This document shows, piece by piece, positions 1-8,681 of a DNA stretch of 42,042 bases. The position numbers and the translations under genes were made by a program. The first letter of the stretch is position 1. Every line of letters starts with the position of its first letter. The DNA comes from a virus (Duplodnaviria > Caudoviricetes): IMG/VR virus record IMGVR_UViG_3300037465_000326, positions 1 through 42,042 of that record. One strand, given 5' to 3'. Under the pieces are notes generated by a model. That model was not told the DNA's origin. It did not search any database and saw only the letters and a list, made by a program, of their open reading frames with translations.

Positions 1-38
1 CAACGCAAAAAAAAAAAAAAAAAAAAAAAAAATAGCCC

Positions 39-302
39 CTGTTCCATCTGTTCTAGATCGGCTAGAACAGGCGCAAGATATTGATTTTAAAGGTTTGTTC
101 CATCTGTTCCATCTGTTCTACTTGAATCGCGGTCAGCCGCCGCGCAATGACAGGGATATGGTGGAAAAACAAAATTAACTGTCAATGGACGATACGGTTA
201 TAAAACAGATAGAACAGATGGAACAGATGGAACAATGCCGATGAAATAAGGGCTTCTAGCTGTTCTACGTAAAACTACGGATGATGGAACAGATGGAACA
301 GA
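39..302. repeat. Nested inverted arrays of a 9-bp unit (TGTTCCATC / GATGGAACA); candidate replication origin or terminus
   Basis: Perfect 26-bp inverted repeat at 95-120 and 210-235. Near-perfect outer inverted repeat at 39-55 and 285-301. Partial units at 62-70 and 260-267. AT-rich and non-coding. Confidence 0.8.
74..86 (-). promoter_or_regulatory. IHF-like binding site
   Basis: CAAGATATTGATT; the reverse complement AATCAATATCTTG matches WATCAANNNNTTR. Confidence 0.4.
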
Positions 303-345
303 CGTACACGAATGATTTTTAGCCCTTAAAACGAGTATAATTCGG

Positions 346-373
346 TTGCGCGCCGTCGAAAAATCGCTATAGT
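346..373 (+). promoter_or_regulatory. Putative sigma70-type promoter for terS (possibly leaderless mRNA)
   Basis: TTGCGC-16nt-TATAGT; ATG only 6 nt downstream and no Shine-Dalgarno. Confidence 0.4.
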
Positions 374-379
374 CCCGCC

Positions 380-841
380 ATGAACATAACCATGCATCCG
401 GTTATAATTGCGGCCATCCGCGAGTACGCGCAGAGCGATAGGCCGATGCATAAGATATTGCATCGATTGGGGTTTCGGCCTCAGCGGTTCTATCTGGCCT
501 TGCGCGCGTCGCGCGAATTGCGCGAGCTGTACGCGCAGGCAAAAATCGAGCGCTCGGAACTATTTAGTGATCAGATCGTGGAAATAGCGGATACGGATGC
601 TAACGCGATGCAGGCCGGCAATCGTATCCGCGTGAGGCAGTGGCTGATGGAGCGGTGGGCACCAGGCTATTACAGCCCGAAAGTACAAGTCACTACCGAC
701 ATTGGCCCAAATCTTGCATCTATCATCGAGCAGGGCCTGCGGCGCGCCGGAGTCCAGACCATCGAGGTAGACAACGCCGAAATCATTGCGATACCAGGCT
801 CGGACGACATCTCGGACGAGGACGTGCTAGCGATCGAATGA
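380..841 (+). CDS. terS: Terminase small subunit
   Basis: N-terminal HTH-like segment, then ELYAQAK...DQIVEIAD...RIRVRQWLMERWAPGYY, typical of Sf6 gp1-like TerS; directly upstream of TerL. Confidence 0.8.
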   Translation: MNITMHPVIIAAIREYAQSDRPMHKILHRLGFRPQRFYLALRASRELRELYAQAKIERSELFSDQIVEIADTDANAMQAGNRIRVRQWLMERWAPGYYSPKVQVTTDIGPNLASIIEQGLRRAGVQTIEVDNAEIIAIPGSDDISDEDVLAIE

Positions 842-844
842 GAC

Positions 845-872
845 GGGATGCATAATAGCTATTATGGAAAAT
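845..872 (+). other. dif-like XerCD recombination site (11-6-11)
   Basis: GGGATGCATAA-TAGCTA-TTATGGAAAAT compared with E. coli dif GGTGCGCATAA-TGTATA-TTATGTTAAAT; intergenic. Confidence 0.65.
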
Positions 873-1131
873 TGGGAGCTAAACCATTGTTATCATTGAC
901 ATCGAATAGGCCGAACGCCCCGCACGCCTGCCTCGCGTACAAGGGCTGGTGGGTCGCGGCGACGCGCGAGGCGGGGGGTGGGGGGCGGGGGGAGCCCCAC
1001 GGCGCAGCGTGGCGAACCATCGCGGGGCCGTCAAATCCCCGCTGCGATCTTCGCCCAATATTTTTTCTTTTTTCGCAAAATGGCCCGTTAGGTTTTCCGG
1101 TTGCGCGATTTTTATCTTTTTCGGTGCCGGC

Positions 1132-2715
1132 ATGAGCGTTCGTCAGCAGGCGCAGCAGAAAGTCGGGGAAGAAAAGCTTATCGAAAGTATCTGGGCCAAC
1201 CCGGATATTCGGTTCGATCCCTACAATTTCACGATGTTTGCCTGGCCCTGGGGCCAGTCCGGAACGCCTCTCGCTCGTCATAAGGGGCCCAAGCAATGGC
1301 AGGCGGACGTTTTGAAACGTGTCGGCGAGGCGATCAAAGACAATCACGAAACGATGAATGTGGGGCTGGTTCCGAAAATCGTGCAGGAAGCGATATGTTC
1401 CGGTCGCGGCATCGGCAAGACGGCGCTGTTCGGTATGCTGACGCATTGGTTCCGGTCGTGTTTTCCCGGCGGCACCTGCATCGTCTCGGCCAACACGGAG
1501 CCCCAGCTTCGTACCCGCACATTCCCCGAGATCGCGAAGTGGATGACCATGGCTATCAACGCGCATTGGTTTCACTTCGAAGGCATTTCGATTACGCCCA
1601 CGGAGTGGTTTTCGGCCCTGATCCGCCGCCCGGCGGCCGAGGGAGGCTTGGCGTTGGATACCGCGTATTACTACACGAAGGGACAATTGTGGGCGGAGGA
1701 AAACCCGGATGCCTTTGCCGGTGCGCACAGCCAGGTCGCCATGATGGTTATTTTCGACGAGGCGAGCGGCATCCCCCGCGTCATCTACCCCGTGGCCGCC
1801 GGATATTTTACCGACCCGACGCCTTATCGCTTCTGGTTTCAATTCAGCAACGGGCGCCGCAATGTCGGCGGTTTCTACGACGCCTTCCACCCCGAGCCCG
1901 GCAAGCCGAATCCGTGGCGGACGCAGCATATCGATGCGCGTACGATCGAGGGCGTGGATATCAAGGTCCTTCAGCAGATCGTCGATCAGTACGGCGAGGA
2001 TAGCGATCAGGCCAGGGTGGAGGTCCGGGGCTTGTTTCCGAGACGCGGCGACGATCAGTTGATATCCACCGACGCCATTAACAACGCGCGCTATCGGCCT
2101 TTGCGTCAGGACCCCGGTGCGCCCCTGATTATGGGCGTGGATGTCGCCAGGTATGGCCGCGACAGCACGAAAGTTCATTTCCGGCAAGGCACCGACGCGC
2201 GCTCGATCGTCAAGGAACAGTTCTCCGGCCTCGATTTCGTGGCGCAGGCCGACCGGATCGAAGCCCTCATTCACAAGTACGGCCCGGATGCTATCTGCAT
2301 CGATACGGCGCTTGGCGCCGCGGTTGTCGATATCCTGAAGCGCCGCGGCCATCGCCGCATTCATGAAATCAATTTCGGCCAGACGCCGACCGATCCGCAA
2401 TATGCGAGCAAGCGCGTAGAACTTTACTGCCGGGCGCGCGATTGGCTCAATACCGGGTGTTTGCCGCCCGACGATCACTTGCTGGCGAGCGACCTGGCCG
2501 CTCCGGTATATTGGATCGACGAAAAAAGTCAGCGCATCAAGATTCAGGACAAAGACGACTTGCGGGCCGAACTCGGCCGATCGCCCGACGATGGCGATGC
2601 TTTCGTCCTTACATTCGCCGTCAACCCGCCCCGGCGCGATTTCGACGGTCTGCGTCGGCGTGCTGGGTACGACGGCAGGTGCAAAGGTGTTGACTACCCT
2701 TTGTTTCGGCGGTAG
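1132..2715 (+). CDS. terL: Terminase large subunit
   Basis: Walker A SGRGIGKT, Walker B VIFDEASG, nuclease motif MGVDVARYGRD and C-terminal SPDDGDA. Start moved to ATG 1132 because the upstream extension runs through G-rich and T-rich non-coding-looking DNA. Confidence 0.95.
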   Translation: MSVRQQAQQKVGEEKLIESIWANPDIRFDPYNFTMFAWPWGQSGTPLARHKGPKQWQADVLKRVGEAIKDNHETMNVGLVPKIVQEAICSGRGIGKTALFGMLTHWFRSCFPGGTCIVSANTEPQLRTRTFPEIAKWMTMAINAHWFHFEGISITPTEWFSALIRRPAAEGGLALDTAYYYTKGQLWAEENPDAFAGAHSQVAMMVIFDEASGIPRVIYPVAAGYFTDPTPYRFWFQFSNGRRNVGGFYDAFHPEPGKPNPWRTQHIDARTIEGVDIKVLQQIVDQYGEDSDQARVEVRGLFPRRGDDQLISTDAINNARYRPLRQDPGAPLIMGVDVARYGRDSTKVHFRQGTDARSIVKEQFSGLDFVAQADRIEALIHKYGPDAICIDTALGAAVVDILKRRGHRRIHEINFGQTPTDPQYASKRVELYCRARDWLNTGCLPPDDHLLASDLAAPVYWIDEKSQRIKIQDKDDLRAELGRSPDDGDAFVLTFAVNPPRRDFDGLRRRAGYDGRCKGVDYPLFRR

Positions 2716-2752
2716 TTGTTTTCCGTCGGTTCGTGTTTCGAAAGGTTCGGCC

Positions 2753-3010
2753 ATGTCTTCTTTTATTCCTCCCTTCTTTGGGGGTGGTAGTTCCGAGGTG
2801 CCGGTAGTTGTTCAGCCCCCGCCTCCCCCTCCCGTTCTTCAGCCGGACCAGGCCGCCATCGATGCGGCTGCGGCCAAGGAACGGCGTGCGCGTGGACGCG
2901 GCCGGTCGTCTACCATCCTTACGACTCCTCTCGGCGCGGAGGATGAGGACGCTACGAACAACAGCGTATATAAGTCGAAGAAAAAGCTCTTGGGGGGCAG
3001 CTCCGTTTAG
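2753..3010 (+). CDS. Small Pro-rich protein preceding the portal
   Basis: MSSFIPPFFGGG..PPPPPP..RGRSSTILT..KKLLG; this pattern and position are typical of BPP-1/T7-like head operons. Confidence 0.7.
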   Translation: MSSFIPPFFGGGSSEVPVVVQPPPPPPVLQPDQAAIDAAAAKERRARGRGRSSTILTTPLGAEDEDATNNSVYKSKKKLLGGSSV

Positions 3011-3013
3011 ATC

Positions 3014-4699
3014 ATGGCAGGTATGTCTTTGCGTACCGATAAAGAAATTGCCGAGATCGCGATCGCCGAGTGGGAGTATTGTTGCTCGACGCGCGGCAAT
3101 TTCGAGAGCCAGTGGGAGGAAACGGCCGCGCGTATGCTTCCTTCCTACGTTGGCTCGTTTCGCGGGCGCGATGGCAATCTTTACACCCAGGGCGAGAAGA
3201 ACACCGAGGACATGATCGACGCGACGGCCGCGCTTGCCGCGCCGAAATTCGCCGCGGTGTGCGAGGCATATTTGACGCCGCGCAATTCGACGTGGCATGG
3301 GCTGGTGGCTCTTGATCCCGTCCTGCGCCGGAATCATCAGGTTCAATTGTGGTTTGACGACCTGACCGAGCGCCTATTTCGTGTGCGCTACGCGCCACAC
3401 TCCGGTTTCAGCGGACAGAATCACGAAGTATTTCTTGGCATGGGCGTGTTTGGCACCGGCACGCTGTTCGTCGACAAGATGATAGACCCGGTTTACGGCG
3501 CGGGCATTCGCTATCGTTCGATCCATCTGGCCGAAATATATTTCCAATCGAACCACCAGGGCATTATCGACCGGGCGTACCGACGCTTCATGCTGACGGC
3601 CGAGCAGGCTTATGACAAGTGGGGCGGCAAGTTGCCGCGCAAGATCGTCGAGGACGCGACGGGCCGCGGTACGCCGGAGAAGCGCCGTACGCAGTATACG
3701 TTCATTCATTGTGTCAAGCGGCGTTCCGAACGTGACGGCTATGACCCTCAACGCCTTGATGCGCGGCGCCATCCGTTTGCGTCCTACTACGTGTCGGTAG
3801 AGGAAAAGACGCTGCTGGAAGAACGCGGCTTCGGTCGGTTTCCATACCCGATTAGCCGTTATTTGACGGCGCCGGGCGAGGAATACGGGCGCGGGCCCGG
3901 CATGTTGTGTCTGCCAACACAGAAGATATTGAACGAGCAGCAAAAAGCAGTCCTGAAGCAGGGGCATCGCATCGCCGATCCGGTGATCCTGACGCATGAC
4001 GACGGCATTGGAAATGGGTTTAACTTGACGCCGGGCTATGAGAACGTGGGCTATATAAGCGCGGAAGGCCGCCGCCTGGCCGACGTTCTTCCCGTAGGCA
4101 ATCTCGCCGTCACTCGTGAAATGATGAACGATAATCGCATGGTCGTGAACGATGCGTTTTTGGTGACGTTGTTCCAGATTCTTATGGACAATCCGCGTAT
4201 GACTGCGGCCGAAGTTCTTACGCGCGTGCAGGAGAAGGGACAATTGATTTCGCCCACGGTCGGCCGTCAGCAGTCTGAATATCTGGCGCCGCTTATCGAT
4301 CGCGAAATAGACATCCTAATCGAGCTTAATATGATCCCACCTCCCCCACCTATACTTCAACAGGCCAGTATCGAGTACGATGTGCGGTACGATTCGCCGT
4401 TGTCCCGCGCGCAGCGTGCCGAAGCCGCAGCCGGCGGCATGCGCGTCATCCAGTGGGCGAACGAATGGTTCGCCGCCACTCGCGACCCGCGCGTCTACGA
4501 TTGGATCAACGTCGACACGATGATGCCGGACGTGGCCGATATCAACGGCATGCCGGCGCGTTGGATCAATTCGCCCGAGGCCGTGATGGCTCAACGCGAG
4601 CAGCGTGCGCAGCAGGTGCAGATACAGCAGGTGATCGATGCCGCGCCCGCCGTTGCCGGCGTGGTCAAGGCGATGCCGCAGCAGGCGGGGGCCGTTTGA
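3014..4699 (+). CDS. Portal (head-to-tail connector)
   Basis: 561 aa with GEEYGRGPG, MTAAEVLTR and YDSPLSRAQ motifs of the T7 gp8/Bbp21-like connector. Confidence 0.93.
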   Translation: MAGMSLRTDKEIAEIAIAEWEYCCSTRGNFESQWEETAARMLPSYVGSFRGRDGNLYTQGEKNTEDMIDATAALAAPKFAAVCEAYLTPRNSTWHGLVALDPVLRRNHQVQLWFDDLTERLFRVRYAPHSGFSGQNHEVFLGMGVFGTGTLFVDKMIDPVYGAGIRYRSIHLAEIYFQSNHQGIIDRAYRRFMLTAEQAYDKWGGKLPRKIVEDATGRGTPEKRRTQYTFIHCVKRRSERDGYDPQRLDARRHPFASYYVSVEEKTLLEERGFGRFPYPISRYLTAPGEEYGRGPGMLCLPTQKILNEQQKAVLKQGHRIADPVILTHDDGIGNGFNLTPGYENVGYISAEGRRLADVLPVGNLAVTREMMNDNRMVVNDAFLVTLFQILMDNPRMTAAEVLTRVQEKGQLISPTVGRQQSEYLAPLIDREIDILIELNMIPPPPPILQQASIEYDVRYDSPLSRAQRAEAAAGGMRVIQWANEWFAATRDPRVYDWINVDTMMPDVADINGMPARWINSPEAVMAQREQRAQQVQIQQVIDAAPAVAGVVKAMPQQAGAV

Positions 4700-5013
4700 A
4701 GTTTAATACTACGACAGGCGCGGTAGGCGATGACGACAAGCCGGCTACCGATAAAGAAAACGAGGAAGCTTTTATAGCGCGTTGCGCCGCGTTCGAACGG
4801 CTGTTCGACGAGGAAAACCAGGACGCGCGGCTGTTTATGGCATGGCTGTCGAAGTTTTGCCGTATAACCGAAAGCGAGTATCATCCGGATTCGCGGGAAC
4901 ATGCCCGCTATGCTGGTCGACGTGAAGTTGCGTTGACGATTTTGGACCATATCCACGCCGACCCAAAACGTCTTTATAGGATTTTCAATCGAGGACACAG
5001 GAGACTTATATGA
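4696..5013 (+). CDS. Bbp19-like small phage protein
   Basis: TTG overlaps the portal stop; WLSKFC...YAGRREVALTI motif; lies between portal and scaffold. Start uncertain. Confidence 0.7.
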   Translation: MKFNTTTGAVGDDDKPATDKENEEAFIARCAAFERLFDEENQDARLFMAWLSKFCRITESEYHPDSREHARYAGRREVALTILDHIHADPKRLYRIFNRGHRRLI

Positions 5014-5915
5014 CTGATTCCGTCGCGCCCGCTCCGGCCCCGACCGCCACGCCGGCGCCCGCTCCGGCCCCGACCGCCACGCCGGCACTCGCTCCGGCCC
5101 CGACCGCCACGCCGGCGCCCGCTCCGGCTTCGACGCCTTTTGATTTCAGCAAGGTTGGTTTGACTGAACAAAATCAGGCAATCGTAGCGAATAAAAAGTT
5201 TTCGGATATTAACGCGCTAGTTGAGTGGGGCTACAATGCCGAAAAGTTTATCGGCGCGGACCCTAAAAATTTGATTAAACTGCCGGCCAATACGATGGAT
5301 ACCGAGGCGATGCGGCCGATTATGGAGCGTCTTGGCGCGGGCAAGGGGCCAGAGGATTATAAATTTGAAATTCCGAAAAACGTGGATGGAACGGATGGCG
5401 ATTCGACATTCGCGAACGAGGCGGCGAAGTGGTTTCATGCCAATCAGGTTCCTGTTTCGGCAGCGCAGGAAATTGTCAAGGCGCATAACAAGTTCGTAGC
5501 CGAAACGTTGAAGAACATTGAGACGGCGCGTATTACCAAGTTCACGATGGACGAGACGACGCTAAAGACGGAGTGGGGCGCGCTTTACGATACGAATGTT
5601 GGATTGGCGCAGAATGCGGCGAGGTCCCTTGGGCTTTCTGAGGAGATGATAGACGCGCTTCAAGAGAAGATCGGGCATGCCGCAGTCATGAAGTGGGCGT
5701 ACAGCGTTGGGCGTAAAATTACCGGCACTGGCGATTTCCACACTGGCGATGGTGGGGTTGGTTTTAATGGCATGTCGCCGGCAATGGCTATTCAGCGGAT
5801 TAGCGAGTTGAAAAGCGATATCGAATGGACTAAAAGATATGCGTCTGGCGGTACTAAGGAACGGAAGGAAATGGACCGCTTGCACGAAATTGCCTATCCG
5901 GCGCCAAAAAAGTAG
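5010..5915 (+). CDS. Capsid scaffolding/assembly protein
   Basis: Pro/Ala-rich N-terminus, PEDYKFE and LKTEWG motifs, helical; immediately upstream of the capsid gene. Confidence 0.8.
   Translation: MTDSVAPAPAPTATPAPAPAPTATPALAPAPTATPAPAPASTPFDFSKVGLTEQNQAIVANKKFSDINALVEWGYNAEKFIGADPKNLIKLPANTMDTEAMRPIMERLGAGKGPEDYKFEIPKNVDGTDGDSTFANEAAKWFHANQVPVSAAQEIVKAHNKFVAETLKNIETARITKFTMDETTLKTEWGALYDTNVGLAQNAARSLGLSEEMIDALQEKIGHAAVMKWAYSVGRKITGTGDFHTGDGGVGFNGMSPAMAIQRISELKSDIEWTKRYASGGTKERKEMDRLHEIAYPAPKK
5025..5128 (+). repeat. 30-bp tandem repeat encoding PAPAPAPTAT (about 3.5 copies)
   Basis: Unit gcgcccgctccggccccgaccgccacgccg repeated in the scaffold N-terminus. Confidence 0.9.
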
Positions 5916-5944
5916 TTGACACGATTTATGTATTTCGCGATATT
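5916..5944 (+). promoter_or_regulatory. Putative promoter for the capsid operon
   Basis: TTGACA-17nt-GATATT immediately after the scaffold stop codon. Confidence 0.55.
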
Positions 5945-5948
5945 TCAA

Positions 5949-6137
5949 TCGTCAGCGGGGATAAAAGGCCCCTTTGCCGGATAAGCCTCCAAGCTGACGA
6001 CCGAATTGCCGGAAAGTCCCAGGTCTAGCAGGGGCTCGGCTGACAGGGCGAAAGTGCTCCGGTTCGTGTCTCCGATCGACACAGAGGTTGCTCCGCGGTT
6101 TGCGGGAAAGCTCCCTCGAAAGCACTAGCTTTTGAGC
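5949..6137 (+). ncRNA. Candidate structured 5' leader RNA of the capsid gene
   Basis: TCGTCAGC/GCTGACGA closes a stem with two GGATAA bulges. Further hairpins GTGTC/GACAC, CCGC/GCGG or GGGA/TCCC, and CTCGAAAGC/GCTTTTGAG just before the SD (AGGAG). Confidence 0.45.
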
Positions 6138-6150
6138 AGGAGAGTCTGTT

Positions 6151-7053
6151 ATGACCGCAAACATTATCCCTACACATCAAATTGTCCAGTTCGCCACGAA
6201 CATTGAGCTTTTGCTTCAGCAAAAAGGCTCCGTTCTGCGTTCGACGGTCGATTCCGGTTCGTATGTGGGCAAACAGGCATCCCCGGTCGATCAGATCGGT
6301 TCGGTTGCCGCTAGACTGGTGACGACTCGTTTTGCGCCCCTAGTGCGTACCGACGCGCCGACTGACCGGCGCTGGATTTATCCGTATAGTTACGACCTGA
6401 CGCAGCAGATCGATACGTTCGACAAGCTGAAGGTCATGAACGATCCGTCGAGCAAATTGGTTCAAGCTGCGGTCTATGCGATGGGTTGCGCGATGGACGA
6501 CCAGATCATTAATGCGTTTTTCGGCACGGCCGCGACCGGCGAACAGGGCGGTACGTCGACGGTTTTTCCCACTTCCACGTCGACGAACGTTATTTCGGTC
6601 AATACGGGCGGCACTGCATCGGGAATCAACGTCGCTAAGTTGCGTCTTGGACGCCGTTATCTGCGGCAGGGTTTTGTCGATTTCGACAACGATCCGATTT
6701 ACCAGGGCATCACGGCAAAGCAGGAAGACGAACTTTTGAATGAAATCCAAGTTGTTAGCTTGGATTTCAACGACAAGCCGGTTTTGACGGACGGCAAGCT
6801 GCGCTCGTTCCTCGGTTTGAATTTCGTTCATTGCGAGCGGTTCACGACCGGCACCGACGATGCCGCTGGCACGTCGTATCAGCTTCCTATGTGGGCGCGT
6901 TCGGGCATGCACCTGGGCATCTGGCAGGACATGCTGGTCGATGTGGATCGGCGTAAGGACTTGTCCGGCCTTCCGTGGCAAGTTTATGTCTGCGGAACTT
7001 TTGGCGCGACACGTCTTCAGGAGCCCAAGGTCATGAAAGTATGGTGCCGGTAA
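6151..7053 (+). CDS. Major capsid protein
   Basis: 300 aa; QFATNIELLLQQKGSVLR, DDQII and C-terminal FGATRLQE are typical of Bbp17-like capsid proteins; strong RBS. Confidence 0.92.
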   Translation: MTANIIPTHQIVQFATNIELLLQQKGSVLRSTVDSGSYVGKQASPVDQIGSVAARLVTTRFAPLVRTDAPTDRRWIYPYSYDLTQQIDTFDKLKVMNDPSSKLVQAAVYAMGCAMDDQIINAFFGTAATGEQGGTSTVFPTSTSTNVISVNTGGTASGINVAKLRLGRRYLRQGFVDFDNDPIYQGITAKQEDELLNEIQVVSLDFNDKPVLTDGKLRSFLGLNFVHCERFTTGTDDAAGTSYQLPMWARSGMHLGIWQDMLVDVDRRKDLSGLPWQVYVCGTFGATRLQEPKVMKVWCR

Positions 7054-7100
7054 CGATCGGCGCTCCCGTTTGACCCCGACTCGGACTCAGGAGAATCACC

Positions 7101-7613
7101 ATGGCCGTTGTCAATCGTAGTTCCACAGCCATTACCAACGCGGATTCCACGCCTCCAGTCTTCAATACGGCGGGCTTGGGTCTTGGACAGTGCGTCGGTT
7201 TGCAGGCATATATCGCCAACGCGGCGGACGACAGCGCCACGTCGGTGCATCGTATTGCGCGAGTGCCGTCGAATTTTCGTATCGCCGACATTACGCTGAC
7301 AACCGCCGACGCTACGACTGCGGGCGCGATCGATATCGGGCTCTATGATATTCCGAGCGTCAATGGCGGCGCAGTCGTGGAAGTGGACCTTTTTACGGAC
7401 GGTTTCGCGCTGACCAACGGTCCTTACAACAAGGTGTCCATGATTCACGATCCGAATGGCGATTTTGCGCTGGCAAACGCTGGCAAGATGCTGTGGGAGG
7501 TTCTGGGCTTGACGGCCGACCCGATGAAGATGTACGACATTGCGGTTACTATTGCCACGACCTATAGCGGTGCTGGCGTAGGCCAGGTTTTCGAAGTTCG
7601 CGGTTATATCTAG
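7101..7613 (+). CDS. Putative capsid cement/decoration protein
   Basis: Beta-rich 170 aa directly after the capsid gene; AGGAG RBS; position of BPP-1 Bbp16. Confidence 0.6.
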   Translation: MAVVNRSSTAITNADSTPPVFNTAGLGLGQCVGLQAYIANAADDSATSVHRIARVPSNFRIADITLTTADATTAGAIDIGLYDIPSVNGGAVVEVDLFTDGFALTNGPYNKVSMIHDPNGDFALANAGKMLWEVLGLTADPMKMYDIAVTIATTYSGAGVGQVFEVRGYI

Positions 7614-7639
7614 GCCGCGTCGGTTAAGGGAGAAAGCCA

Positions 7640-7840
7640 ATGGCTGACCGCTTCTATGGCGTGTCGGTGGCTTCGAATAACGGTTCTACCGAGAGCGTGA
7701 CCGAGAGCGCGAGCACGAACTCTACCGTGTTCGAGTTTCGTTGGACCTATGACGGAACGGGCGCGGATAAGGTACAGGCACTGCGCGCGCTTCAGGCTAT
7801 TAAAGGCCGCATCGAGCGCGGCAATTTCCCGCCAGTATAA
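7640..7840 (+). CDS. Hypothetical small protein
   Basis: GGGAG RBS; fits the operon. Confidence 0.7.
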   Translation: MADRFYGVSVASNNGSTESVTESASTNSTVFEFRWTYDGTGADKVQALRALQAIKGRIERGNFPPV

Positions 7841-7851
7841 AGGCGTAGGCA

Positions 7852-8211
7852 ATGGCCACTCGCACCGCTACGCAGGTCGAAGTCAGAGCGGCCTTACCGG
7901 CGATCCTTATCACCTGGTCGGACATCCAGAACGGCGACGATGGTAGCGCCTTCGAGGCTGTCGGCCTTGTCGACAAGACGTTTCAGATTACTGGTACGTT
8001 CGGTACCGGCGGATCAGTAACGATGCAGGGTTCGAATGACGGTTCGAATTGGTTTTCGTTAACCGACCCGCAGGGCAATGCCGTCACGAAGACGGCGGCT
8101 GGCGGTGAATTGCTGGTCGAGAACCCCCGTTATATCCGGCCGCTTTGCACTGCCGGTGACGGTACGACGGCCCTAACCGTAACGGTCTTGGCCGTGCGAG
8201 GTTCGCGATGA
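7852..8211 (+). CDS. Small beta-sandwich protein, probably structural
   Basis: GTFGTGGSVTMQGSNDGSNW motif; Thr/Gly-rich; ATGA overlap with the next gene. Confidence 0.65.
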   Translation: MATRTATQVEVRAALPAILITWSDIQNGDDGSAFEAVGLVDKTFQITGTFGTGGSVTMQGSNDGSNWFSLTDPQGNAVTKTAAGGELLVENPRYIRPLCTAGDGTTALTVTVLAVRGSR

Positions 8212-8678
8212 GTAACGAATTTGATATCGCCATTGTCGAATTGGAGCGTGCTAGGAACGTTTTCAAAGCTTTTGACAGTGCACTGAACGCTATCAAGGTA
8301 CTTCAAAACCACGAGCAAGTTACGCGCGAACTTACCGCGGCCATTGCTGCGAAGCGTGTCGAATTGGAAGCGGTTAAGAATGCGGTCGCAAGCGCGCAGG
8401 AAAGCGAGACTGCGGCGAGCAATCGCGCAGCAAAAATCCTTGAGGATGCAAGGGCCGACGCCGAGGTCTTGCTTAATGCGGCCAAGGCCGAGGCTGCGGC
8501 CACCGAAGCGGACATGCGGGCGAAAATCGACCTGATGAAAGCTAACGCCGCCGAGATTGAAAGGCGTGTGCTAGAGGCGGGTACGCAAGTGGAAGTATCG
8601 GAGGCCGAGCTTGCTAGTTTGCACGCCAAGATCGCCGAGGCGCGGACTACGTTGAGGGCGATGATCGGCGAGATTTAG
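8208..8678 (+). CDS. Coiled-coil hypothetical protein
   Basis: Ala/Glu-rich heptad pattern; coupled start. Confidence 0.7.
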   Translation: MSNEFDIAIVELERARNVFKAFDSALNAIKVLQNHEQVTRELTAAIAAKRVELEAVKNAVASAQESETAASNRAAKILEDARADAEVLLNAAKAEAAATEADMRAKIDLMKANAAEIERRVLEAGTQVEVSEAELASLHAKIAEARTTLRAMIGEI

Positions 8679-8681
8679 CCG

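Noticed and set aside
7-32. 26-nt poly(A) as a biological feature
   Set aside because: It sits at the contig edge, where homopolymer length is unreliable; it cannot be separated from an artefact without reads.
39-302. CRISPR array
   Set aside because: Units are 9 bp, abutting or inverted, with no unique spacers. The Cas4-like DUF2800 gene is a standard phage replication nuclease.
949-1131. N-terminal extension of TerL in the ORF track
   Set aside because: It translates G-runs and T-tracts into low-complexity sequence; ATG 1132 is more plausible.
862-2754. Long antisense ORFs (e.g. 862-2754, 9617-11107, 13428-14609, 19706-20995, 26701-27813)
   Set aside because: They are shadows of well-supported genes on the other strand in GC-rich DNA, with no motifs or RBS.
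5949-6137. Assignment of the capsid leader to a known riboswitch or tRNA
   Set aside because: I could not match the conserved cores of known classes or a cloverleaf by eye; it is left as an unclassified structured leader.
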